From an uncultured cyanobacterium (GTDB lineage: Bacteria > Cyanobacteriota > Cyanobacteriia > PCC-9006 > JAAUQQ01), in the NCBI GenBank assembly GCA_963718615.1, contig OY970368.1, positions 2,400,001-2,464,000 on the forward strand: a stretch of DNA of 64,000 nt, written 5' to 3'. Below are positions 8,771-18,790 of this stretch, in pieces. Both the position numbers and the translations under genes were made by a program. The notes below the pieces were generated by a model. That model saw only the letters and a list, made by a program, of their open reading frames with translations. It was not told where the DNA came from and did not search any database. The stretch's first letter is position 1. Each line of letters opens with the position of its first letter.

Positions 8771-10869
8771 CTAGACGTTGCTGTATTGAACCCAGCCTTT
8801 CATGGATTGCAACTGGTCGAACGTGACATCAGCGTGGGTGTTGCCCCAGGGGTTGTGCAGGTGGAAGGTTTGGGTCCAAGGGTTGTAGGAGGAGATGGTG
8901 TAGGCGTGACTGTTGACAACACCGGGGATCGTGCCATCCACAAAGCCCACGGTCAGCATTTTGCTGGAGTTGACGAGGTTAACCAGTTCAGTCCTGGTCA
9001 TGTTCGTGGCGTTCTTGGAGGTGGTGTCGTAGCCAGAGATTTGGTTGATGACCTTATCCATCCAACCGTTAGAAATGCCTGCGTAGCTGTTGGTGCCGTC
9101 CTGGCCAATCCAACCGGCTTCGTTGAACTGGGCGTAAGCTTTTTCAGCCAGAGCTACCCAGAGTTCGTTGTCAGTTTCGTTGTAGGATCCCCCCCCCAAC
9201 CGGCGTAGACGGCGCTGCCCCCTGCATAGGTTGGTAGATAGCGATCGACTGTGACATAGTCCTTAGAGCCATCGGGCTTGTACAGACCCACGGTGAAGGT
9301 TCCATCGCCATTGTCCGTGAACATATTGTTGATCACGTAGGATTTATCCTGGGCGGCTGCGCCGAGGGCGGCGATGAAGTAGCAGTCGCCGACGCCTCCT
9401 TGATCCACATCATTGAGGCTAATACCACCTTGGAAGAGGGAACCGCTGGCGTATTTGTAGGTGGCACTGGCGGAGATGTCGGGGCGATCGCTCCCCAAGA
9501 ACCACTTACCAATCAAGCTTTCCATTTGGGTGTCGCTGCTGCCCGCATAGAGATTGCCAATGCCGGACTTGGTGTTGCCCACATGACCGTTAACAATCTT
9601 ATCGGCGAGATTTTCGACGTAACCTGGCATGTAGAGGTTATCCACCACGGCCCGCACACCACTGAGTTCTGTGCTGGTGACCGAACCATAGTCCTTGGTT
9701 TCCCGCAGAATTTCGATCATGTCCGTGCGGTTGATGCCGTCGGCGCTAAAGCTGCGGGTAATGTTGGCTAGGCTATCGTCGCCAATGTTGCGGTCGTACC
9801 AGTCACCCTCGGAGACTTTGAACCAGGCGGTGGCGCGATCGCTATCTCCCGCTCCCGAAGAAACCAAGGTGACGCCGCCATTGCCATTCACATCACCCGA
9901 AACTGTATTGGTGAGCAGGTCATACCAGAGGTTGAGGTCACGGTAGCCGCTCTTGCTGTCGATGTCGATCCGGTCATCGGCTCCGGCCAAACCGCCATCG
10001 CTGTCAAACAATTCAACGCTGATGCTGACATAGCGGCTGGTGCCATCCACGGTCTTGGTGTAGCTCCAGTTACTGGGATAAATTTCGTTGTCGTTGCTGA
10101 TCGTCCCTGTGGTTTTGGTCGAACCGTCGATGGTGATCTTGCTGTAGTAGTCGGCATTGTCCCCAAACCAGCCGGTGTCGGGGTTGTCGATCGCCTTAAT
10201 GTGGCTCAAATCCACCGTCACCTGAGGCAGCGCTGCGTAGGCTCGGAAGGCGTAGCTATTATTGCCGCTGGAGTTGGAAACTTGGGCAAAGTAGGTGCCG
10301 CTGCCCAGAACCTGGTTAATGCTTTCGTTGAGGCTACCGCTGCGGCTGGAAGACGCGAGGAGTTCACCCGCATCGAGTATGCCGTTGTTGTTGGCGTCTT
10401 TGATGAGTTTCAGATCGGCATCGCCTTCTAAGCCAGTGAGCGTCAAGGTTACGTCGCGAATGCCGCTGAGGCTAAATTTGAAAAAGTCGTTGGCATCCAC
10501 GCCCCCCACAAAGCCGTTTTGGGATTCGACCCCGATCAACGCGCCCATATCGTAGGCGGTGCCAAAGCTGTTGTTGGTGTCGTAGCCATAGAGAAGCGTG
10601 GTGTCGAAGCTGGGAAGCAGCGTAGCGGTGGTGATCAGGTTTGAACTCAATACCAGGTCATTGGCCCCGAAGTCGCTGGGCGCGTAGGCATTGGCAACAG
10701 CGGTCAAGTCTGCCAAGGTGGGCTCTGCCGCACCAACACTGGCAATCGATTGCAGCGGATCCTTGAGGCCCTCCAACGCAGAAGCCGAGTCGAGGGCTGC
10801 GCTGGGGGTCAAGGGCTGGCCTAAGGTCGAGTTATTTGGGGTGAGGAGATAGAGGGTGTTGTTAGACAT
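8771..10869 (-). pseudogene. Calpain-like C2 cysteine protease with PPC domain, split by a 1-nt frameshift in a G9 tract (9189-9197)
   Basis: ORF 9154-10869 has a PPC domain (DFFKF...GDADLKL...GTYFAQV) and catalytic QGGVGDCYF; ORF 8771-9199 has ELWVALAEKAYA, NSHAYTI (His) and HNPWG (Asn); one extra G restores ...YAGWGGGSYNETDNELW... Confidence 0.85.
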
Positions 10870-11246
10870 CGGTTTTGGCTCTGCTTTGCATAAAGGGTTA
10901 GAGCACAGGCGATTCAGGGATGAAACCGTTTGCTCTACGGGTCTTTAGGAGCCAAATTGGGTCGGTATGCAAAAAGCCAAGAAAGTAAATAAAATTCAGG
11001 TCCGCGATCGCCCCCACCCGCACTCCCACCCGTCCCTACCCACGGCCAAACCCTCTAATTGCAAGGATTTCCAAGCCAACTCCGCCAAATTACTTACGTG
11101 ACAATTCGGAAACTGGCCTCGGCGATCATTGACAATTTCTAAAATTTTCAGGAACAATCCTGATATATACGGTTTTCTCTCTCAGGGCTTCTTTCACGTA
11201 AGTCGTACGTATTTCTGTTTTGGTTCGCCGCGAACCAACATCTACC

Positions 11247-12566
11247 ATGGCTGCTTATTCGTATCATCAGTTTGAGTCCAGCAAGGAGCAATTTTATCGC
11301 CGTCTCATTGAACTCAGAGGCACAGAGGATCCTCGGCACATCCTTGCGCTGTTCAACGGATTACTGACCCGCTCGGAGGCGGGAGACGTTCATTTAGCTC
11401 AACTGCTCGATCAGATTGTGGGGGCAACCTGGGCGACAGAAGAGTTTGCACTTTTTCTCAATCGCTGTTGTTACATCCTGATCAACCACTGGTCCGTTGA
11501 TACGGAAACGAAACGGTTTATCTATGAATTGGTAAAGCTGCTCAAGCTGGCCCCCCAGGAACCAAGAGACGATGGTCAGGGCGATCGCCTCCTGCAGTTA
11601 CTCACCCAGTTTCACCAGACCCAGCATTACAAAACCTTGGTCGAACGGGCCAAGGCCGAAACCCAAGGCTTCCGGGTTAATCCCAAGGGGCGACGGTTGG
11701 GGGAGCTGATTCATCGCTATCCCGCCTTGTATCCTAGCTATTTCCTGCGCTGGGATGATAGTGAGGCGGGGCGTCGAGCGGTGCAGGACCTTCAGCGCCG
11801 ACGGGAAACCGAGTTTGAAACTGAACTGCGGCGCTATGCCCGTCAAGTTGGTCGTCATTCGGCTTCGGGACCGTCTTTCGGCCAGGGTGCGGGGGGACCG
11901 ATCGCCAACCCCACGCTGTTGACCGATCCGCAGTTGTCCACGGCGCTGCACGAGTTCGCTGGAACGCCCCAGAAAAGCTCCCATCGCTACCGTCAATCCG
12001 CCCATGCTGCCCTGGATCATCTGTATGGGGCTCGCTCCCATCACAGCCTCAAGCAGCAGCTTGGCGAGTATTTAGTCTCGGGATTGGAGCAATATCAAAC
12101 CCATTACCAGCTCCGCGACTATGGGCGGCATCGGTTTAACCGTTGGCTGGAGGAAAAGCTCATGGGCATTCTGCCCGAGCAAGATAGCCAGCGGCCCACG
12201 GAGAAACTGCTGGTGTTGACCTGCACGGGCTTAATCGATACCTTTTTGGCCCATCCCCGTTCGCCCGGTCGCAATAGCGATCACCTGATGTTTGTCGACT
12301 TAATTACGAACATCGGTGCAACCTTGACGATTGGGCTCCTGCTCAAGATTATGTTGTTGTGCGAACGGTTCCAGGCAAATTTGGATGGTTTGCGCGATCG
12401 CGTCTCCCAACGCTTCGCCAGCCTTTTCCAACATTACGAGCACACCGAAAGCAAGGAGGTCAACTGGCTACTGCCCTGTATGGACAACCTCATGGTTGCC
12501 TCCGCGATTCACTTTGGTCCGGACGATCGCTCCATGTGGCGGGCAGTGCTCCAAACGATACGCTAA
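11247..12566 (+). CDS. Conserved cyanobacterial hypothetical protein
   Basis: Long clean ORF (open from 11220); LNRCCYILINHW, LIHRYP.LY, NPTLL, FVDLITNIG...GLLLKI motifs recalled from uncharacterised cyanobacterial proteins. Confidence 0.7.
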   Translation: MAAYSYHQFESSKEQFYRRLIELRGTEDPRHILALFNGLLTRSEAGDVHLAQLLDQIVGATWATEEFALFLNRCCYILINHWSVDTETKRFIYELVKLLKLAPQEPRDDGQGDRLLQLLTQFHQTQHYKTLVERAKAETQGFRVNPKGRRLGELIHRYPALYPSYFLRWDDSEAGRRAVQDLQRRRETEFETELRRYARQVGRHSASGPSFGQGAGGPIANPTLLTDPQLSTALHEFAGTPQKSSHRYRQSAHAALDHLYGARSHHSLKQQLGEYLVSGLEQYQTHYQLRDYGRHRFNRWLEEKLMGILPEQDSQRPTEKLLVLTCTGLIDTFLAHPRSPGRNSDHLMFVDLITNIGATLTIGLLLKIMLLCERFQANLDGLRDRVSQRFASLFQHYEHTESKEVNWLLPCMDNLMVASAIHFGPDDRSMWRAVLQTIR

Positions 12567-12570
12567 GGCC

Positions 12571-14004
12571 CTAAGGCTCTACGCAGTTCGAGTACTGGGC
12601 ACACTGGCTCAGAAATCGCTTTGGCAACTCCGGCCTTGCGCCCCAGTGAAGATGCACATAGGAGGCATGGAGATGGGGCAAGGCCCAGCCTTCGGGGCTA
12701 CCCTGGTCCGCTAAATCCGTTCCCCAGACCTGAAACAACCGTTGGCACGGTGGCTTGGTTCCTGTCAGTTCCAGTGGGGCCTGTTCCAGTCGGGAATCTT
12801 CTAGTTGGAAATCTTCTAGTCGGGAATGGTGAAACTCATGGCCCCAAACTTCGGTTCCTGCCAGCAGTAGAGGGCTGTTTTGCTGGGCGATCGCCCGTCG
12901 ATATCCCAGCGTCAGCCCCTCCATCACCGCCGTTTTCGGCAACACCCCCACCATCGGCCAAGTCTGTCCCTCAAAGTTCCGCAGCGCCGTGCAGAGATAC
13001 ATCAACCCCCCACATTCGGCATAGGTAGGGAGCCCCTGGGCAATGGCCTGGTTCACCGCTTCCCGAGCCCGAAGGTTTTCGCTCAGTTGCTGGGCAAAGA
13101 CTTCAGGAAATCCCCCACACAGATACAGCCCTTGAATCTGGGGGGGCAAGGATTCCTCTAAAGGGCTCCAAAACACCAATTCGGCCCCAAGCTGTTCCAG
13201 GATTTCGAGGTTTTCGGCGTAGTGAAAATTGAAGGCGCGATCGCGAGCCACAGCAATCCTAATCCTGGCCCTCACCCCCACATTTTGCCCATCCTTTTGC
13301 TCATCAAACCGATCCCCATGCATGGGTTTGAGTAACGGCAACAGCGCCTCCCAATCAAAGCTCGTTGCGCCAATTTCCACCAATCGCTCCACAACTGCAT
13401 CTAGCTCGGGCAGTTCATCCGTAGGAACCAGACCGAGATGGCGATCGGGCAGGCTGATTTCCTGATGCCGACGCAACACGCCCAGAATGGGTATGTCGAT
13501 CTCTGTGAGTGCAGCTTGTAAAAGTTTGAGGTGGCGATCGCTCCCCACCCGATTCAGAATTACCCCGGCAAAGCGCAGGTTAGGGTTGAGGGTGCGGTAG
13601 CCTTGGGCGATGGCGGCGACGGACCCCGAAAGACGACTGCAATCGATCACGAGGGCAATGGGTTGGTCGAGCAATTCTGCCACTTGGGCAGTACTCGCAC
13701 AATGACCGGGAGTGCCATCGAAAAGGCCCATTACCCCTTCAATCAGTACCGCATCAGCGATGTGTTGGCGAGTGTGAAAACCAGTGCAGACGGCTGCGGG
13801 GCTGGTCAGCACGGGGTCTAGATTGTAGCAAGGCCGCCCGGTGACGTAGCGGTGGAACATCGGGTCGATATAGTCGGGGCCGATTTTGAAGGATTGGATG
13901 ACCGCAGGGTGTGGCAGTCGCTGGTGACGAAGGGTTGCGAGGAGCATGAGGGTGGTGGTGGTTTTGCCACAACCGCTGCGATCGCCTGCGATAACTAGAG
14001 GCAT
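12571..14004 (-). CDS. cobB: Cobyrinate a,c-diamide synthase
   Basis: SGCGKTT P-loop, FKIGPDYIDP, IEGVMGLFDG, RHLGLVP, GGFPE, YAECGGLMYL, GHEFH, ASYVHLHW. Confidence 0.95.
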   Translation of the reverse strand: MPLVIAGDRSGCGKTTTTLMLLATLRHQRLPHPAVIQSFKIGPDYIDPMFHRYVTGRPCYNLDPVLTSPAAVCTGFHTRQHIADAVLIEGVMGLFDGTPGHCASTAQVAELLDQPIALVIDCSRLSGSVAAIAQGYRTLNPNLRFAGVILNRVGSDRHLKLLQAALTEIDIPILGVLRRHQEISLPDRHLGLVPTDELPELDAVVERLVEIGATSFDWEALLPLLKPMHGDRFDEQKDGQNVGVRARIRIAVARDRAFNFHYAENLEILEQLGAELVFWSPLEESLPPQIQGLYLCGGFPEVFAQQLSENLRAREAVNQAIAQGLPTYAECGGLMYLCTALRNFEGQTWPMVGVLPKTAVMEGLTLGYRRAIAQQNSPLLLAGTEVWGHEFHHSRLEDFQLEDSRLEQAPLELTGTKPPCQRLFQVWGTDLADQGSPEGWALPHLHASYVHLHWGARPELPKRFLSQCAQYSNCVEP

Positions 14005-14235
14005 AAAAAAACTATACAACAGTTGCTGGAGGAGAAGGTTTAACTCACGTGAGTTTTACCGAATTGAATGTTAGCTCGGTTTTGATCGGTTCACCCTGGC
14101 TAGACCCTGGCTAAACTTAACTACAACGCGATCGAAACCTCCACAAAACACTTGACAAACCTTAAATTCCGACAAGTAGCGCTCAACAATCGGGCCTAAA
14201 TCCGCTAGCCTAGGGACACTCTTTTCGAGTCAGGA

Positions 14236-16266
14236 GTGTTACCCCCCATGGCCGGTTCCCCTTTGGATACTCTGATGGGCAGTCTGATCCAGCCTACCGT
14301 GATCGCCGGAGCCCCGCCGGACAATCCCAATGCCCGCATTGACCCCAATGTCCCCAGTTCGCCCTATGCCGGGGTGGTGAGTTTACGGATTGTTACAGCG
14401 AGTGGGGATACCTATTTGTGCTCGGGGACGGTGGTGAGCGATCGCCACATCCTGACGGCGGCTCACTGTCTCGACATTGATATGGATGGCAAGCTCGATC
14501 CGGGGCTATCCGTGGAGGTAAATTTTAATCAGGACGGAGATTTATCCCAGACGATCGCCGCTGAATCCCTCGCCATCTATCCCGAATACGAAGGTTTTAC
14601 AACCACGCCCAACAACGACTTAGCGATCATCACGCTGAGCGAACCCATCCCCGACGGCGTGCCCATTTACGAAATCTATCGCGAACCGCTCCCAGCCAAC
14701 AGCATTCTGACGTTTGTGGGCTATGGGGTGTCTGGCTCCGGCGAAACCGGCATTGTGGACGATAGCGAAGGGCTAGCGACCAAGCGCGTGGGGCAAAACG
14801 AAACTGAAAATCTGGCCAATGTTCCCAGCTTTTTGCAAGAGTTGGTTCCGCCGGAGTTGGATGAAATTTATCTGTTCGATTTTGATGGACCGGATGATTC
14901 GACCAACCTGTTCAAACTGTTGGATTCCGGTCCTTCTCTCGGCAATGATATCGAAGCGACGCTGGCTCCCGGTGATTCTGGCGGTCCTAGTTTTATTGAA
15001 GTGAATGGGCAACTTCAGATTGCGGGGGTGAATAATTTTGTGTTTGCGCTGCCCAATTTTGAGGGCTTAGATTTGGGCGGATTGGATCTGGGTGATTTCG
15101 GAGGCTTTGGAGACTTTGGAGATTTCGGGGATTTCGGCGACTTTGGAGATTTCGGAGACTTCGGAGACTTCGGTGGATTTGATTTTGGTGGCTTGATCGC
15201 CCAGCCGACCGACAACAACGGAGTGGATTTGGGAGATCTGCCGTTTTCGCTGCCGGAGAACTTTATTCAGCAGGGGGTGTTTGGCACCGGCGCAGGCGGT
15301 GTGCGTTTGTCGGAGCCGGATAAGCTTGCCTGGATTGATAGCTTAATCAGCGGGGCTGTGCCCACACCCACCGCCGGGGGCCGGATCACCGGCACCGTTT
15401 GGGCCGATCTGAATGCTAATGCAACTCGTGATGGGGATGAACCCGGCTTAGCGGGCTGGACGGTGTATTTAGATGCCAACCAGAATGGTCTGCTGGATGC
15501 CGATGAGGCGATCGCCTTCACCAACAGCACGGGGACCTATCAGTTCGAGAACCTCACCGCCGGGGTCTACACCCTCAACCTGTTTGCCGAACCCGATTTT
15601 GTCATCACCTATCCGATTCCCGGTGCCCAAACCCTGCTCAATGTGGACTTTAGCGAGGCGGGAGCCCCTGCGGCGGAGGGGTTTACGGTGAATAATCAGG
15701 GGGGTGCATTGCAGTCAGGGCTGTGGGGGTTGTCGACCCGTCGCGATGCTCAACCGGGCCATTCGGCGGGGGGCAGCTTTTACTTTGGCACGGAAGCCGG
15801 AAACTACAATGTCGGGCAAACGGCGGGCCAGTTAACCTCACCCACAATCGATTTGCGCGGCCTAGAAACAGCGACGCTGTCGTTTAGCTATTTTCTCAAT
15901 GCCGAACCGGGAACCGCGACGGACCAGGCGATCGTCCAGGTGGCGCGGGTGGGCGAGGACTTTACCACGGTTCTCACCAAGGGCAGCGGTGGATTGACGG
16001 TGGATAGTCGGTCACGGGAGGAATGGCGATCGCAAACCCTCAGCCTCACGGCTTATGTCGGGGATTGGATTCAAATTCGCTTTGGATTTGAAACGGTAGA
16101 TGACCAGTTTAATCAGTTTGAAGGCTGGTATCTGGATGATGTGCGCGTCACGGGGATTAATACGGGCAGTGGGCAGCGGGTGACGGTGAATGGTGGGGAG
16201 ATTGGGGGTGAGGGAGTGATGGGAGTGGATTTTGGGGCTGCGTTAGTGGCGGCTGATCCGTTTTAG
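14236..16266 (+). CDS. Trypsin-like (S1) serine protease with SdrD-B-like and C-terminal beta-sandwich (MAM/InhA-like) domains
   Basis: CSGT, LTAAHC (His), NDLAII (Asp), GDSGGP (Ser); GTVWADLNANATRDGDEPGLAGWTVYLDANQNG (SdrD_B-like); LTSPTIDL...IQIRF...GWYLDDVRV. Confidence 0.85.
   Translation: MLPPMAGSPLDTLMGSLIQPTVIAGAPPDNPNARIDPNVPSSPYAGVVSLRIVTASGDTYLCSGTVVSDRHILTAAHCLDIDMDGKLDPGLSVEVNFNQDGDLSQTIAAESLAIYPEYEGFTTTPNNDLAIITLSEPIPDGVPIYEIYREPLPANSILTFVGYGVSGSGETGIVDDSEGLATKRVGQNETENLANVPSFLQELVPPELDEIYLFDFDGPDDSTNLFKLLDSGPSLGNDIEATLAPGDSGGPSFIEVNGQLQIAGVNNFVFALPNFEGLDLGGLDLGDFGGFGDFGDFGDFGDFGDFGDFGDFGGFDFGGLIAQPTDNNGVDLGDLPFSLPENFIQQGVFGTGAGGVRLSEPDKLAWIDSLISGAVPTPTAGGRITGTVWADLNANATRDGDEPGLAGWTVYLDANQNGLLDADEAIAFTNSTGTYQFENLTAGVYTLNLFAEPDFVITYPIPGAQTLLNVDFSEAGAPAAEGFTVNNQGGALQSGLWGLSTRRDAQPGHSAGGSFYFGTEAGNYNVGQTAGQLTSPTIDLRGLETATLSFSYFLNAEPGTATDQAIVQVARVGEDFTTVLTKGSGGLTVDSRSREEWRSQTLSLTAYVGDWIQIRFGFETVDDQFNQFEGWYLDDVRVTGINTGSGQRVTVNGGEIGGEGVMGVDFGAALVAADPF
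15064..15192 (+). repeat. 9-nt degenerate tandem repeat encoding GLDLGGLDLG(DFG)n
   Basis: ggagacttt/ggagatttc/ggggatttc/ggcgacttt... ; protein GDFGGFGDFGDFGDFGDFGDFGDFGDFGGFDFGG. Confidence 0.85.
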
Positions 16267-16269
16267 CGA

Positions 16270-17490
16270 TTAAAAAATATCTGCCGGATCGGCTTTGCTC
16301 AACTTCCGCACAGCGACGAGCCCTGAAAACCCACACATGCCCACCGTCAACGCCAAAACCTGAAGCGCGACTCCCAGTTTTAGCGTCACTGGAATTTTTG
16401 TCAGCCAGATGAGCAATTGATAGACCCCGATCGAACTCAATATCCCCGGAACAAATCCCAAAATCGCTAACAGCAAGGCTTCAAATAACACCACCTCTAC
16501 CAAACGCTGTTCCGAATAGCCCATGGCCTTGAGGGTTGCATACTCCGGCAGATGATCGGAAACATCGGTGTAGAGCACCTGATAGACGACGATCACGCCG
16601 ACCACAAACCCCATCACGGCTCCAAATCCTAGGACCTTGCCGCTGGGATCTTGCGATCGCGCATCTTTTTCGAACGCAATTAACTCCTCCCGCGTCATCA
16701 CGTTGATTGAATCCGGCAGCACCTGTTTGAGCGATTGTTGGGTTGCCAAAACATCTGTGTTTGCTTCTAGCTGAAGAATGCCAATGCTAATGTTATTGAG
16801 TCGTTTGCTGCCACTGCGCTGGGCGTAGGTCGAGTCGCTCATGACCACATTTCCCTCATCAAACAGCGTGCTCCCCAAACTAAATAGACCAACCACCTCG
16901 ACGCGGCGATTGCCCATGACCGTTTGGACGGTGCGATCGCGCTCCCAAAGTTCGGCCACCGGCCCCAGCTTCGGTTGAGATAATCGATCAAACAGGATCG
17001 CATTGGGTTCGTTCAGGCGATTCAGTTGGGCATTCACCTCAGCGAGCTTGAATACCGGCTGTTCTGGATTAAAGGCCAAAACCCTGACGCCCACTGGCAA
17101 GACGGCTTTTGTCTCCTGTGAACGGCGTTCTGCCGCACCGGGGAGGAGGCGATCGCTTGATAATAACTCCTCCGGATTCACCCAGTCTGAAGCACTGATG
17201 TAGAGCGGGCTCGCGGCAGCAACGCCCGATACCGCATCGGCTTGGTAAAGATAGGTTTTAGGAAATCCACCCCGTCCGAGAAATCGGGAAAAACTTGACA
17301 TCAAAAACAGCTCTCCCTGAAGCTGTTCGTGGATTTGGGTCACACCATCAAACAAAACCGCCAACAGGCCCAGTTGTGTAAACATGAGGATATTCGCAAA
17401 GCACACCCCGACCAAGGCCACCAAAAGACGAACCTTTTGATGGGAGAGCTGTGCCCAAGCGAGGGGTAATCCCCGTAGCGGAGAAATCAT
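16270..17490 (-). CDS. devC: ABC exporter permease, DevC family
   Basis: PLAWAQL...RLLVALVGVCFANILMFTQLG; GFVVGVIVVYQVLYTDVSDHLPEYATLKAMGY; ADPADIF; start uncertain (ORF open to 17520). Confidence 0.9.
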   Translation of the reverse strand: MISPLRGLPLAWAQLSHQKVRLLVALVGVCFANILMFTQLGLLAVLFDGVTQIHEQLQGELFLMSSFSRFLGRGGFPKTYLYQADAVSGVAAASPLYISASDWVNPEELLSSDRLLPGAAERRSQETKAVLPVGVRVLAFNPEQPVFKLAEVNAQLNRLNEPNAILFDRLSQPKLGPVAELWERDRTVQTVMGNRRVEVVGLFSLGSTLFDEGNVVMSDSTYAQRSGSKRLNNISIGILQLEANTDVLATQQSLKQVLPDSINVMTREELIAFEKDARSQDPSGKVLGFGAVMGFVVGVIVVYQVLYTDVSDHLPEYATLKAMGYSEQRLVEVVLFEALLLAILGFVPGILSSIGVYQLLIWLTKIPVTLKLGVALQVLALTVGMCGFSGLVAVRKLSKADPADIF

Positions 17491-17497
17491 CACGATC

Positions 17498-18733
17498 CTA
17501 TGGGGGTGAACTGACATCAATCTCCACCCGCACTTGCATATTGGTTAGTCCTGCAACTTTATCGCTATCTGATGGATCAATTCGGATACTCACCTCCACC
17601 ACCCGAGTATTTTCGTCCGTCGTCGGATCATTACCCGAGTCCTGCAATTTTGGACTGCCCACCTGAAGACTAATCCGTTCGACTTGGCCTTGAATTTCAC
17701 CCTGAAATCCACCGTACTCACTGCGCATGCGCGCCCGTTGTCCCGGCTGAATCTGGCCAATTTGGGTTTCGTAAACCTCAGTCAAGACATACATTTGATC
17801 CGTTTTTCCCAGCTCCACAATGCCCTGCTGGGTGTTGACCTGCTCTCCCACCTTGGTATTAATCCGCAAAATTTGCCCCGGTATGGGCACCCGCACCCGC
17901 GTATCCTCTAAGTCTGCGCGCCGCTGCTCAACGACAAGCTTGGCCCGTTCTAGCTCCGCCCGCGCCACCTGCACATCCACCGGACGCACTTCCTGGAGCT
18001 GTACCAAACTGGCTTGGGCTTGGTCGATCTGAGCCCGAAGGGTTTGTTCGGTATTGGCGAGCGCGGCCTGACGCTGGCTGAGGCTGGCCCGTTTGCTGTC
18101 GCGATCGCGACGCGCTTGGTCTAGGGCTTGATGACTAATGGCTCCACTGTCTGCCAGTCGGGCTTGCCGTTGATAGGTGGCCTCTGCTTCCCGCAGATCG
18201 GCGGTAGCGATGGCAATTTCCGCTTCCCGCTCCGCTCGTTCAGTCCGTAATTGGGCTTCGACTCGGGCGATCGCCGCCCGCTGCACCGCCAAATCGGCAA
18301 CTTTGCTTGTCCCAGCCTGGGTTTGTGCCAACCGGGCTTCGTACAGATCAACGGTCTTTTCCGCCTCCGCCAAATCCCGTTGGCGACGTTCAAACCCCTG
18401 TAACACCGCGATGATTTGACCCGCTTCGACGCGATCGCCCTCCTGGACCAAAATCTGATTCACCCGACTATCCGCCGCATTCGGGACCGACAGCTTAATC
18501 ACCCCTCCAACCGGACCCAGCCGCCCCAGCGCCACCACCTGAGGCAACGGTGCAGGGACCACCGCCGTAGGGGTGGGTTGTGGCTGGGATTGGGTACACC
18601 CCACTGGCCCTCCGACCATGCTGAAGCACAGCAAGAGCGAACAGAGACAGCGATCAACTCGAAGCATGATTTCGAACCAGGGAGCTGGGGGCAAGCAATC
18701 TTTCAAGCAATCTTTAGAGAAGGAGTCTGGCAC
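17498..18733 (-). CDS. devB: ABC exporter membrane fusion protein, DevB family
   Basis: VVALGRLGP, ILVQEGDRV, coiled coil, VRPVDV, GIVELGKTDQMYV, RVVEV.IRID, LTNMQVRV; start may be 18667. Confidence 0.88.
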   Translation of the reverse strand: MPDSFSKDCLKDCLPPAPWFEIMLRVDRCLCSLLLCFSMVGGPVGCTQSQPQPTPTAVVPAPLPQVVALGRLGPVGGVIKLSVPNAADSRVNQILVQEGDRVEAGQIIAVLQGFERRQRDLAEAEKTVDLYEARLAQTQAGTSKVADLAVQRAAIARVEAQLRTERAEREAEIAIATADLREAEATYQRQARLADSGAISHQALDQARRDRDSKRASLSQRQAALANTEQTLRAQIDQAQASLVQLQEVRPVDVQVARAELERAKLVVEQRRADLEDTRVRVPIPGQILRINTKVGEQVNTQQGIVELGKTDQMYVLTEVYETQIGQIQPGQRARMRSEYGGFQGEIQGQVERISLQVGSPKLQDSGNDPTTDENTRVVEVSIRIDPSDSDKVAGLTNMQVRVEIDVSSPP

Positions 18734-18790
18734 AATGGTCTCACGACTTGATTGTGCCTCTCAATGTTTCAATCTTGAAATTCTCCACCC

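Noticed and set aside
15064-15192. Repeat tract as a non-coding repeat or CRISPR
   Set aside because: In frame within the protease ORF with synonymous variation; it is a coding low-complexity region
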